DNA of 35,106 nt from a virus. The stretch is taken from the IMG/VR virus record IMGVR_UViG_3300045988_029541. One strand, written 5' to 3'. The position numbers were made by a program, and so were the translations under genes. This document shows positions 15,924 to 23,536 of the stretch, piece by piece. The notes beneath the pieces are model-generated. The model was not told where the DNA came from, ran no database searches, and was given only the letters and a program-made list of their open reading frames with translations. The first letter of the stretch is position 1. The number at the start of each line of letters is the position of its first letter.

Positions 15924-15998
15924 TACTGCATTTCTGTATATTTGCATGATACTACTGCCATTCTGTATTGTCAATATGTTTTTACTGTTTTTCTGTAT
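15924..15998. promoter_or_regulatory. Three operator-like direct repeats TACTG-N4-TCTGTAT in the divergent switch region
   Basis: The copies are at 15924-15939 (tactgcatttctgtat), 15953-15968 (tactgccattctgtat) and 15983-15998 (tactgtttttctgtat), spaced 29-30 bp apart. Confidence 0.65.
15946..15974 (-). promoter_or_regulatory. Lytic-direction promoter (TTGACA-17-TATCAT on the minus strand)
   Basis: The reverse complement of 15969-15974 is TTGACA and of 15946-15951 is TATCAT, with a 17-nt spacer. The spacer is exactly operator copy 2. Confidence 0.6.
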
Positions 15999-16005
15999 TT
16001 TTTTA

Positions 16006-16034
16006 TTGAAAGTAGTGAAATGCTGTGGTAATAT
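16006..16034 (+). promoter_or_regulatory. Lysogeny-direction promoter (TTGAAA-17-TAATAT with TG extended -10)
   Basis: TTGAAA is at 16006-16011, followed by a 17-nt spacer ending tgg, then TAATAT at 16029-16034. It lies 29 nt upstream of the repressor ATG. Confidence 0.55.
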
Positions 16035-16062
16035 ACAAATTAAGAAAGGACGGATAGCACAT

Positions 16063-16437
16063 ATGACGATTCAGAACGAAAAGAAATTGAAAGAAAACAT
16101 ACAGAAAATTATTCTTTTTTATAGAAAAATGCGGAAGGTTACACAGAAACAACTTGCTGACTTTCTTGACATTGGCGTTTCAACTGTTTCTGGTTGGGAA
16201 CGCGGCGCATACACCCCAGATATTGACACATTGTTCATGATTTGTAACTTTCTTGATGTGACTTTGAATGAAATGTGTGGTGTTTTCAAAAATAATGCTC
16301 AACTTCCAGAAGATGAAGTAAAACTTCTGAATACATATAGATCTATGAATCAAAAAGGGAAAGACAAGCTTCTGGAACGTGCCGAAGAACTTCTCGATCT
16401 CGGATATGTAAAAGGGGAAGCAGAAAAAATGGCATAA
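16063..16437 (+). CDS. CI-like XRE-family repressor (124 aa)
   Basis: ATG 16063 (RBS AAAGGA) opens MTIQNEKKLKENIQKIILFYRKMRKVTQKQLADFLDIGVSTVSGWERG, an XRE HTH. The track ORF from 15763 is an upstream extension through the switch region. Confidence 0.8.
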   Translation: MTIQNEKKLKENIQKIILFYRKMRKVTQKQLADFLDIGVSTVSGWERGAYTPDIDTLFMICNFLDVTLNEMCGVFKNNAQLPEDEVKLLNTYRSMNQKGKDKLLERAEELLDLGYVKGEAEKMA

Positions 16438-16489
16438 AATACCAAAAGAGGAACAATTTGATACAAATAGAATTTAATAGGTGGTTAAA

Positions 16490-17020
16490 ATGAAAAAGAT
16501 TATACTTTATTTTTTAGGAATATGTTGTATACTTTCAAGTGCTGTCGGTTTCATGAAGTATGGCGTCGGGAATGGCATTACCTGCATTGTGATCGGGTTG
16601 ATTCTTTTATCATGCGCCCGATCCTCTGGTTCTGATTCTGGTGCTGCTTCTCCCGCTCCCGAATCTTCTGTTACAGAAACACAAAAAACAAAAAGCATTG
16701 AATTTCCTATTGCTGGCGTTACTTTTGAAAATGAAAGCGGAAAACTTCGTTCCAGACAATCCATTCTTCGGAAGATATTATTCAAAGATCCGCCGTATGA
16801 TTCAGAATATGAAGTCAGACTTGAAAGATATTTTTACAACGGAAGCCCTGCGTATTATGTCTATGCTGGCGAATACATTGTCGGTAATGTCCCGAAAGAA
16901 TTCGTTCCGCACCTTGAAGAAAATATTGATCGCCGCTATGTGGTTGATTATTTCCACGCATACGGCGGCGGACAAGGCAAAAACTTCGGTGCTGAAATGA
17001 AAATAAAATATATTGATTAA
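16490..17020 (+). CDS. Membrane-anchored (2 TM) protein with HIRAN-like C-terminal domain; lysogeny-module moron
   Basis: TM1 is IILYFLGICCILSSAVGF and TM2 is ITCIVIGLILLSCA. The C-terminal IAGVTFENESGKLRSRQSIL...YEVRLERYFYNGSPAYYVYAGEYIVGNVPKEF resembles the HIRAN pattern. It lies between the repressor and int. Confidence 0.5.
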   Translation: MKKIILYFLGICCILSSAVGFMKYGVGNGITCIVIGLILLSCARSSGSDSGAASPAPESSVTETQKTKSIEFPIAGVTFENESGKLRSRQSILRKILFKDPPYDSEYEVRLERYFYNGSPAYYVYAGEYIVGNVPKEFVPHLEENIDRRYVVDYFHAYGGGQGKNFGAEMKIKYID

Positions 17021-17116
17021 AAAGAAAACCCGCCTTGTGCTGGTAACACATGACGGGCTGCAATCTCCGTTTTGAACGGGCTTGCTATTTAATTCTTCGC
17101 AAAAATTATTATAGCA

Positions 17117-17158
17117 CAAGCCCTTCAAATAAACAATGAAAAACGGGCTTGTTTTTTT
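17117..17158 (+). terminator. Possible intrinsic terminator upstream of int
   Basis: caagccc (17117-17123) pairs with gggcttg (17145-17151) and is followed by T7 (17152-17158). The 21-nt loop is long, which weakens the call. Confidence 0.35.
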
Positions 17159-17189
17159 GCGCCCATTTTTCGGAAAGAAGGTGTTGTCT

Positions 17190-18284
17190 ATGGCAATGAA
17201 AAGAGCCAACGGCGACGGATCTGTCTATAAAATAGGCGGCAAACGTCGCAAGCCCTTCGGGGCGCGAATCACTGTGGGCTGGCAGATAGATCCGAATACT
17301 GGATCAGCGCGCCAGATCTACCAGTCGATCGGGACTTTTGCAACACGTGTTGAAGCTGAAACTGCTTTGAACAATTATTTGCAAAATCCTTATGACATTG
17401 AAGCCCACAAAATCACTTTTTCTGGCGTGTATGATCTCTGGTCTGCTGAATACTATGAAACATTGAAGAATCCTTCTTCTGCCAGATCGTACAAAGCGGC
17501 ATACAATTATTGTTCCCCCATTTACGACGTGCGAATGCGTGATCTTCGTGTCAGTCATTTGCAAGGTGTGATCAAAGACGCTGACGTCGGTGAAGCCACG
17601 AAGGGACGAATGAAGTCGCTGTTCAATCTTATGTACAAATACGCCATGATTCATGAGATCGTCGACAAGGACTACAGCGCACTATTTGTCCAGAAAGTCG
17701 GAAAGCGTGACAAAACGAAGCGTGTTCCTTTCAAGAATAGCGAAGTCCAGCGTTTGTGGAAAATCCGTGATTTCGGTGTAACAGACATGATTCTATTTTC
17801 TTTATATACTGGCTTTCGTCCTTCGGAAGTCTTACTGATCGAGAATTGCAACGTCGATCTTGAACGCTGGCGTATAAAAGGCGGCATGAAAACAGAAGCT
17901 GGAACCGATCGAATCGTTCCGATCCATTCGCTGATCCGTTCGCTTGTTGTTGATCACTACAACCCAGAAAACAAATTCTTGTTCCCGAATGAGAAAAACC
18001 AGTTCATGACATATGATCAGTATCGCGGACGTTTCAAGAAGGTCATGCGCTTTCTCGGAATTACTCACACCCCGCACGAAGCGCGTCACACTTTCATTTC
18101 ATGTGCAAAGCATTTCAAAGTTGACGAAAATCTTCTGAAAGCGATCGTCGGTCACAAGATCCGTGATGTTACCGAAGCCGTTTACACACACAGAGCATAT
18201 AGCGACTACGAAGAAGCCGTTGCGCTGATCTGTTATGACGGCGAAGACATTGAATTTGAATCAATCGACGCTGAATGGGACTAA
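17190..18284 (+). CDS. int: Tyrosine recombinase (phage integrase)
   Basis: ATG 17190 (RBS GAAGGTG) opens MAMKRANGDGSVYKIGGKRRKPFGARI, an arm-binding-type N-terminus. The catalytic-region pattern is present: ...YTGFRPSE..., HEARHTFIS, GHKIRDVTEAVYTHR. Confidence 0.9.
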   Translation: MAMKRANGDGSVYKIGGKRRKPFGARITVGWQIDPNTGSARQIYQSIGTFATRVEAETALNNYLQNPYDIEAHKITFSGVYDLWSAEYYETLKNPSSARSYKAAYNYCSPIYDVRMRDLRVSHLQGVIKDADVGEATKGRMKSLFNLMYKYAMIHEIVDKDYSALFVQKVGKRDKTKRVPFKNSEVQRLWKIRDFGVTDMILFSLYTGFRPSEVLLIENCNVDLERWRIKGGMKTEAGTDRIVPIHSLIRSLVVDHYNPENKFLFPNEKNQFMTYDQYRGRFKKVMRFLGITHTPHEARHTFISCAKHFKVDENLLKAIVGHKIRDVTEAVYTHRAYSDYEEAVALICYDGEDIEFESIDAEWD

Positions 18285-18289
18285 TAAAA

Positions 18290-18335
18290 AACGGGCTGTC
18301 CTGCTGCCGTATGGCTGCGGGATAACCCGTTTTTC
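18290..18335 (+). terminator. Intrinsic terminator after int
   Basis: The outer stem pairs aacggg (18290-18295) with cccgtt (18326-18331). The inner stem pairs 18300-18308 with 18313-18321 (9 bp, 1 mismatch). A T-run at 18330-18334 follows. Confidence 0.55.
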
Positions 18336-18337
18336 TT

Positions 18338-18382
18338 GTGTATTACCGCTGTGTATTACCCGTGTATTTCCCGTGTATTACA
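18338..18382. repeat. Four direct repeats GTGTAT(T/A)(A/T)CC at 11-13-bp spacing (candidate integrase arm-type sites, attP)
   Basis: The copies start at 18338, 18351, 18362 and 18373. The 11-mer attacccgtgt recurs at 18528-18538, on the far side of the non-coding region. Confidence 0.5.
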
Positions 18383-18607
18383 TGCGTATTTTCATATGTT
18401 CTGACACATTCTTGCATTCTCTGGAAGTCCCAGAAATACTGCATTCTTTAGAACTTGCCAGCGTCTGCTGCTTCCTCGATGGAAGCTGTGAAGTGCCATT
18501 TTTCGTGCTTCGCAAGTCCCGTTGTCGATTACCCGTGTTGTACGTCCACGCTTTCACAGCTTTTCAGAAGCCCTTGACTTGCTTTTGATTATATCACGCA
18601 GACTGGA

Positions 18608-20050
18608 TCAGCGCAACATTTCATTAACTTTCTGCTGTACTGCTGCCGCGTCATATCCAGCAGCCTTCAAAGCGTTCTTTCTGGCTTCTCCATTTTCCCA
18701 CTTGCCTTGAATAACTTCTTTTGCAAGTTCTTCGATCGACTTCTTTGAAGTGATCTTTTCCATGTACTGAACCAGATCTGCGCGCTTTGTAAGATACCAG
18801 CCAGACTTTAGTTTGTAGAAGTCGCCAGTTTCGCCGACTATTGTGAACACTTCGCCCTTCATAGCCACGCCAGCTGACTTCGCGTTGTAGTCTGGCACTG
18901 ATCTATAATTCACGCCGTCTGCGCCTGCATAAATAATCTTTGCATAGCCCTGCATTTCTTTCACGTTGTCTGTGTCGCCCTTTGGTTCTTCTGGCTGTCC
19001 CGCTGCCTGCTGCCCGATTATTCCAGAAAGAATCTTCAAGATCTTCTGTCCGTATTCTGCACCAGCCGCCCAGCCTTTGCCGTTTGGATTCTCTTGTATT
19101 CCTAACCATTCAACATACGCAGCCGAACCGCGTGTCACATACTTGAAGCGTGGATCCACGCATTCATTATTCAAAGCAGCTGTTGATCCGTATGCTTTCA
19201 AGTGCTGAATCTGTGCGCGGATTCCTTCACGCATTGTCGCAAAGCTATTGCCCTTCATTCCGTTCGCTGTCACGCCCATTCCACAGAAATTGTTCTGATC
19301 AAGTGTGACTGCGGATCCTTTGAATCCCAGATTTCCAGTTTCAAGCATTGTCTGTGCTGTTGCAATATCACCGCGAACGCCTTCTGCAATTCCCTCTTCA
19401 ATGAATGTCTGCGCCATTTCTGCTGCAAACGAAGCAGTGTTCGGATTCACTTTGATCATGTATGCTACAATCTGATCAGCTGTTGCAGCTGCGGATCCCA
19501 TGATCTTTGTGAACTCTTCTTCCTGCTTCTCTTCGCTGATCATAGCCTTGAACTTGTCCCACGTTTCGTCTGCTGCATTGAAGACGTATGGATTCGGACA
19601 GATCTTGCTCGTGACGTCATAGTGTCTGATCACATGATCTGCTGGAATGTTGTATTTCTTCATCAACGTTCGAACCAGTTCCACAGTCGCTTCAACTGTT
19701 TCTTTTGTGAAATACCAGTCTTTGTCGGAAGCCGAAAGTGTTGCAGTTGACTTTTTCTTCACTGCCATTTCTATTCCGATCGAATTTGTGTTCCTGCATT
19801 CTGCATGGACATACTTCCGCGCACCGCAATGCCATGCAACGTCGTCGTCTTCAACGATCTGGAATATGTCGCCTTCGTGTCCGACTACATAATGTGCAGA
19901 CGCTCCCGCATATTCACGCGCCCAGTATTTCGCAAGATTCAACGCTGTCGAAAGTCCGCCGAAATAATGGATCACAATATATTTGATTCTGGAAAGATCA
20001 TTCTTGTCTGTGAAGTTGATCTTTGTGATATACTGTCTATTTATATTCAT
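18608..20050 (-). CDS. Multidomain endolysin: amidase_2 + glucosaminidase + SH3 + CW_7-like repeat
   Basis: The N-terminus, IVIHYFGG...SAHYVVGHEGDIFQIVEDDDVAWHCG...NSIGIEM...HYDVTSKICP, is PGRP/amidase_2-like. The centre, AQTMLETGNLGFKGSAVTLDQNNFCGMG, is GH73-like. The SH3-like segment is GEVFTIVGETGDFYKLKSGWY. The C-terminal VIQGKWENGEARKNALKAAGYDAAAVQQKVN is Cpl-7-like. Confidence 0.9.
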   Translation of the reverse strand: MNINRQYITKINFTDKNDLSRIKYIVIHYFGGLSTALNLAKYWAREYAGASAHYVVGHEGDIFQIVEDDDVAWHCGARKYVHAECRNTNSIGIEMAVKKKSTATLSASDKDWYFTKETVEATVELVRTLMKKYNIPADHVIRHYDVTSKICPNPYVFNAADETWDKFKAMISEEKQEEEFTKIMGSAAATADQIVAYMIKVNPNTASFAAEMAQTFIEEGIAEGVRGDIATAQTMLETGNLGFKGSAVTLDQNNFCGMGVTANGMKGNSFATMREGIRAQIQHLKAYGSTAALNNECVDPRFKYVTRGSAAYVEWLGIQENPNGKGWAAGAEYGQKILKILSGIIGQQAAGQPEEPKGDTDNVKEMQGYAKIIYAGADGVNYRSVPDYNAKSAGVAMKGEVFTIVGETGDFYKLKSGWYLTKRADLVQYMEKITSKKSIEELAKEVIQGKWENGEARKNALKAAGYDAAAVQQKVNEMLR

Positions 20051-20205
20051 TCGGTAACACCTTCTTCCCCACAGAATCCCATTGAATCTGGATCGAAGCT
20101 GTTTCTGAATGCAATCAATTCGTCCTCTGTCATGTTCTTCACTTTGTCTTGAAGATCTTTGATTTCGTCGTCAGTCATGTTCTTTGTGAATTCGCTTTTT
20201 GCCAT
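20047..20205 (-). CDS. Small hypothetical protein (52 aa) between holin and endolysin
   Basis: It is below the track cut-off. Hand translation gives MAKSEFTKNMTDDEIKDLQDKVKNMTEDELIAFRNSFDPDSMGFCGEEGVTE. RBS GGAAGGAGTG lies 7 nt upstream of ATG 20205. Its stop overlaps the endolysin ATG (ATGA). Confidence 0.5.
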   Translation of the reverse strand: MAKSEFTKNMTDDEIKDLQDKVKNMTEDELIAFRNSFDPDSMGFCGEEGVTE

Positions 20206-20252
20206 TCTTGTTCACTCCTTCCGAGATAGCCCCACATTGCGCGGGCATTTGA

Positions 20253-20756
20253 TTATATTTTCTTTTTCTCTTCGTCTGTGTCGTTTGCGTCTGGGATTTC
20301 TGCTTTGTTGTTCAACATTTTCTGCGTTACCGCTAACCCTTTGATCAAGAAGTCTGGTATGTTGTACCCGCATTCGACAAGATTTTCCAGAATGCTTCGT
20401 GCTTCGTTTACAAGCAGCATTGCAAGTGTAAACCAGCCGATCAGAAGCAGAAAAGACAGATTTACATGTAAAACATCAGTGCCAAGCTGTGTGAACACAT
20501 TGCTGATTATAAAGGCTACAAGAATCACAGCCCAGTACCCCAGCTTTTTGATCGCCCCTTTCAAGCCTACTTTGCTTGATTCCTCGCCCTTCTTATTTGC
20601 TTTATACCAGCCAGTCAGCCAGTCAATGACATTCAGAAGGAAATACGCTGCGAAAATGTACCAGTATACGCCGAAAATTGCTGTCAGTATTGTCACAATC
20701 GCCCCTGCGAATGCGTTGTATTTGTCTGTGAGTGCTGTTCCGAAATTATTTGTCAT
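20253..20756 (-). CDS. Holin (phage_holin_4 / LL-H-type)
   Basis: It has multiple TM helices, NVIDWLTGWYKA...KVGLKGAIKKLGYW...VNEARSILENLVECGYNIPDFL, and a charged C-terminal tail. It lies just upstream of the endolysin. Confidence 0.8.
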   Translation of the reverse strand: MTNNFGTALTDKYNAFAGAIVTILTAIFGVYWYIFAAYFLLNVIDWLTGWYKANKKGEESSKVGLKGAIKKLGYWAVILVAFIISNVFTQLGTDVLHVNLSFLLLIGWFTLAMLLVNEARSILENLVECGYNIPDFLIKGLAVTQKMLNNKAEIPDANDTDEEKKKI

Positions 20757-20762
20757 TGTCCT

Positions 20763-21365
20763 TTACCCCCGAACATTCTTGCAGCTTTTGCAAGGTTCCT
20801 GCCCCTTCGGGATCATGTAGTTCTTGCATTCGCCGCAGTTGTTTCTTGATTTACAAGTTTCTCTTCCTTCGCAAGCTTCAATATGTCGCTTGCAAATTCC
20901 GTTTGCGCTCATTGCTGCGCATTCGAAGTTGTTCTTCCCGAATGTCATATAATACTTCGGTTTTTCTTCTCCGAATATCCGCCAGCGCAACCAGTCGTCA
21001 AGTGTAATTGCTGGTAGTGCCAGCAAAAACCAAACTGCGAAGAATTGCGGGCATATCTGCCCCATGATATTGAACTTCAAATTTGAATAGTCCCACATAT
21101 TCAAGCCAAGCCCTATGTTTAAGATCACGCCCGCCACGAATTCAACTGTCGTCACAATCACTGCACATATTAACATTTGCAACAGAAGTGGTGTTTTCCA
21201 GTCTATGAATTCATTTACCAGTCCGCACAGAACGAAGCACACCCCGCCCACGAATGCCATTGTTTTGAATGTGTACCCGCGGAAAATCAATTCACAGCAA
21301 GCGTACAGTACACCGCCCACACACAGCAGTACAATGTATTTGATTATCGTCTTCATACTTTTCAA
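20763..21365 (-). CDS. Multi-pass membrane protein with Cys-rich cytoplasmic tail
   Basis: It has about 5 hydrophobic helices (IVLLCVGGVLYACC..., NMWDYSNLKFNIMGQICPQFFAVWFLL). The last ~55 aa contain 9 Cys (CAAMSANGICKRHIEACEGRETCKSRNNCGECKNYMIPKGQEPCKSCK). Confidence 0.6.
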   Translation of the reverse strand: MKSMKTIIKYIVLLCVGGVLYACCELIFRGYTFKTMAFVGGVCFVLCGLVNEFIDWKTPLLLQMLICAVIVTTVEFVAGVILNIGLGLNMWDYSNLKFNIMGQICPQFFAVWFLLALPAITLDDWLRWRIFGEEKPKYYMTFGKNNFECAAMSANGICKRHIEACEGRETCKSRNNCGECKNYMIPKGQEPCKSCKNVRG

Positions 21366-22033
21366 GCCCTCATTGCTGCTTCATAGTCTTTCAGCACTTT
21401 TGACTTGTATTTGTCTGGAATCTGTGCGCCATACTGAATCGCTTCAATTTCCTCTGCTGTCTGCGCGCCTTTGATCCATGCGTTCATACTGTTGCAATAT
21501 GTTGTGTGGTAGGACACGAATTTCATTGCCGCTTCAATGATCTTTGTCATGTCCTCTGCTGAATAGTATTTGCAAAGTTTCCCGTCTTCGTGGTATTCCA
21601 GCTGTGTTGCTCCTGCTGCAAGCTGTGACTGCTTTCCGAACAAATTGATCTGGTCTTTTTCTTTCAAGCTGATATGCTCCACCGATCCGTCTGTCAGTTC
21701 TACGTCTACGCCTGCAAAAATTGCGCTTTCGCAACGACTTGAAACTTCTGCAAGCTTCGCTGTTCTGATCTGATCAACGTCTGGTTCCTGCTCTGGCTGC
21801 TCTACATATACAGTCCCGTCATTCGAAAGAATCATTCCGCCGTCAATTTCTTTGTACACTGTTTCGAATCCTTCGTACTTTGCGATCACGTTTCCGTATT
21901 CTGTCAGCACTTCAATTTCTGCCATGTTCTGATCTTTTGCTTTTGTTTCTGTCTGCACAAGCAACATATTCTGTGCGATTTTCTTGACGGATCCGTCGAA
22001 TACGCTGCTGTTGTCCTTGAATCTGATCTTCAT
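21362..22033 (-). CDS. Hypothetical protein downstream of the DGR RT (possibly fibre-associated)
   Basis: ATG 22033 (MKIRFKDNSS...) has the strong RBS AGGAAAGGAAGAG. The track start at 22078 is less likely. It overlaps the RT 3' end by ~120 nt in another frame. Confidence 0.6.
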   Translation of the reverse strand: MKIRFKDNSSVFDGSVKKIAQNMLLVQTETKAKDQNMAEIEVLTEYGNVIAKYEGFETVYKEIDGGMILSNDGTVYVEQPEQEPDVDQIRTAKLAEVSSRCESAIFAGVDVELTDGSVEHISLKEKDQINLFGKQSQLAAGATQLEYHEDGKLCKYYSAEDMTKIIEAAMKFVSYHTTYCNSMNAWIKGAQTAEEIEAIQYGAQIPDKYKSKVLKDYEAAMRA

Positions 22034-23177
22034 GCTTTTTCTCTTCCTTTCCTTTCCAGCTGTCAATGAATAATTCATTGAAAAGCTGATTCATATTTTG
22101 TACAGTACGCCATGACTGTTTGTGCTTCATATAGCCTTTCCATGACTGGTATTGCTGGCGCACTTCTTCGAAAGTGATTGTTCCTTCATCAAGCTTCTTT
22201 TTCAGCTTTTTCAGTTTCCGTCGTTCCAGTGTGATTGACTTTCTGCAAGGTCGCATGATTACTTTTCCAGTGTCCGGCAATGTAAACTTCGTTTTCAGAA
22301 AAGTGAATCCGCGCCGCAACGCTACAATACGCGTTTTCTTTTTATTGACTGTTATTCCCATTCTTTCATAGATTTCGAACAATGCTTTGATCGCTCTGTG
22401 TGCGTCTTCCTTTGTCTTGAATAGCAGCCATGTGTCGTCCATGTATTTAATATATTCATGAATCCGAAGCACTTCTTTCGCGTAGTGATCAGCTTTGCTT
22501 GCATATACAGTCCCGATTATCTGTGACACTTGACTACCTAGCCCGCACCCTACTTCGCCGAATGCGTCCACAAATAGCATTATGAATTCAATCATGTCTT
22601 TATCTGTGAAATGGTCTTCAAGTATTTTTCGAATGTGCCAGTGTTTCATATTCCCGAAAAAGTTTGAAAAATCCACAAGCACGACATATCCTTCATTGCT
22701 TCCAGTCTTTCTGTAATATTCCCGCAGAAAATACGCTACACGTTTTATTGCTGCATGTGTTCCTTTGCCTTTGATACATGCCATATTGTCTGATATACAA
22801 GTTCTTGTCAGCACTGGCACAAGTGCGTTGTCACAAAGTGATCTTTGAACAACTCTTTCTGATATGTGAACGCTGCTAATCTCGCGCAGTTTTCCGCGCT
22901 CCATTAGCGTGAACCTATGAAAGCCGCGTCGTATGTCTTCGCCTTTCAGAAGTTTCATATGTGTGTCATATGTCTTCCGCAGCAGGCTTGCTTCGTATCT
23001 CTGCACGCTGCATTTCCAGCGAACGCCCTTCTTTGATTTGTCGAATGCTTCCAGCAAATTTCCATAGTCGAAGACATTTTCTAGTTTTCCGTACTTTTCA
23101 TTGACTGCTTCTTTCTTTTTCCGTCGTTTCTCTTCCCTTCGGATTCTTCTTGCAGCCCTTCTTTCTTCACTTGTCAT
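21912..23177 (-). CDS. DGR reverse transcriptase
   Basis: It carries IKYMDD (RT motif C) and GLGSQVSQ, which matches [ILV]GxxxSQ, the DGR-RT hallmark. I prefer ATG 23177 (MTSEERRAARR..., GGAG 12 nt upstream), although the track ORF extends to ATG 23222. It lies 160-210 nt downstream of the TR. Confidence 0.9.
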   Translation of the reverse strand: MTSEERRAARRIRREEKRRKKKEAVNEKYGKLENVFDYGNLLEAFDKSKKGVRWKCSVQRYEASLLRKTYDTHMKLLKGEDIRRGFHRFTLMERGKLREISSVHISERVVQRSLCDNALVPVLTRTCISDNMACIKGKGTHAAIKRVAYFLREYYRKTGSNEGYVVLVDFSNFFGNMKHWHIRKILEDHFTDKDMIEFIMLFVDAFGEVGCGLGSQVSQIIGTVYASKADHYAKEVLRIHEYIKYMDDTWLLFKTKEDAHRAIKALFEIYERMGITVNKKKTRIVALRRGFTFLKTKFTLPDTGKVIMRPCRKSITLERRKLKKLKKKLDEGTITFEEVRQQYQSWKGYMKHKQSWRTVQNMNQLFNELFIDSWKGKEEKKHEDQIQGQQQRIRRIRQENRTEYVACADRNKSKRSEHGRN

Positions 23178-23385
23178 AAAATTGAACACTCCGCATACAA
23201 TATTTTGCGCCGCTATGTACATAAGCGATTGACATGAAACAAGGCTGCGCCGTCCTTGCCATGCAAGCAGCGTCCGTCAATCGCTGTCGGCGTGTAAATT
23301 TACCAATAAAGGAAGGTCAAGTGTTCCTTATTTACTTTTTGCCACTGCTTTCGTTTCCTACTCGGTCTGGGCGTGTGTATATAAT

Positions 23386-23515
23386 CAGAGCGGGACGGCA
23401 AGCGCAGTCGAAGCGTTGTTGTTGTTGGCATTACCATTGTTGTTGACATTACAGAAGTTCGTCGTGTTCGACGCGTTCGGGGAATCGCACCACCAATTAG
23501 AACGGGATCCCTGCT
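23386..23515 (-). repeat. DGR template repeat (TR)
   Basis: This 130-nt non-coding copy, read in the target frame, gives QGSRSNWWCDSPNASNTTNFCNVNNNGNANNNNASTALAVPL and then runs into TGA. The variable positions are AAC/AAT codons. It lies between the avd stop and the RT start. Confidence 0.9.
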
Positions 23516-23536
23516 TTTAACACTTAACCTATAAAA

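Noticed and set aside
18505-18530. tRNA-like T-loop (gcttcgcaagtccc) as an attP core derived from a tRNA 3' end
   Set aside because: The flanking bases cannot form a T-arm stem, the loop is one base too long, and there is no acceptor or CCA context. No tRNA gene was found anywhere in the window.
23234-23446. ORFs reading through the TR or VRs in other frames (23234-23446 +, 13628-14098 +, 13538-13888 -, 23968-24267 -)
   Set aside because: Their similar peptide strings merely reflect the repeated DNA. The frame that gives the Asn-codon pattern and continuous target ORFs is the minus-strand frame of 24035-24961 and 13743-14384.
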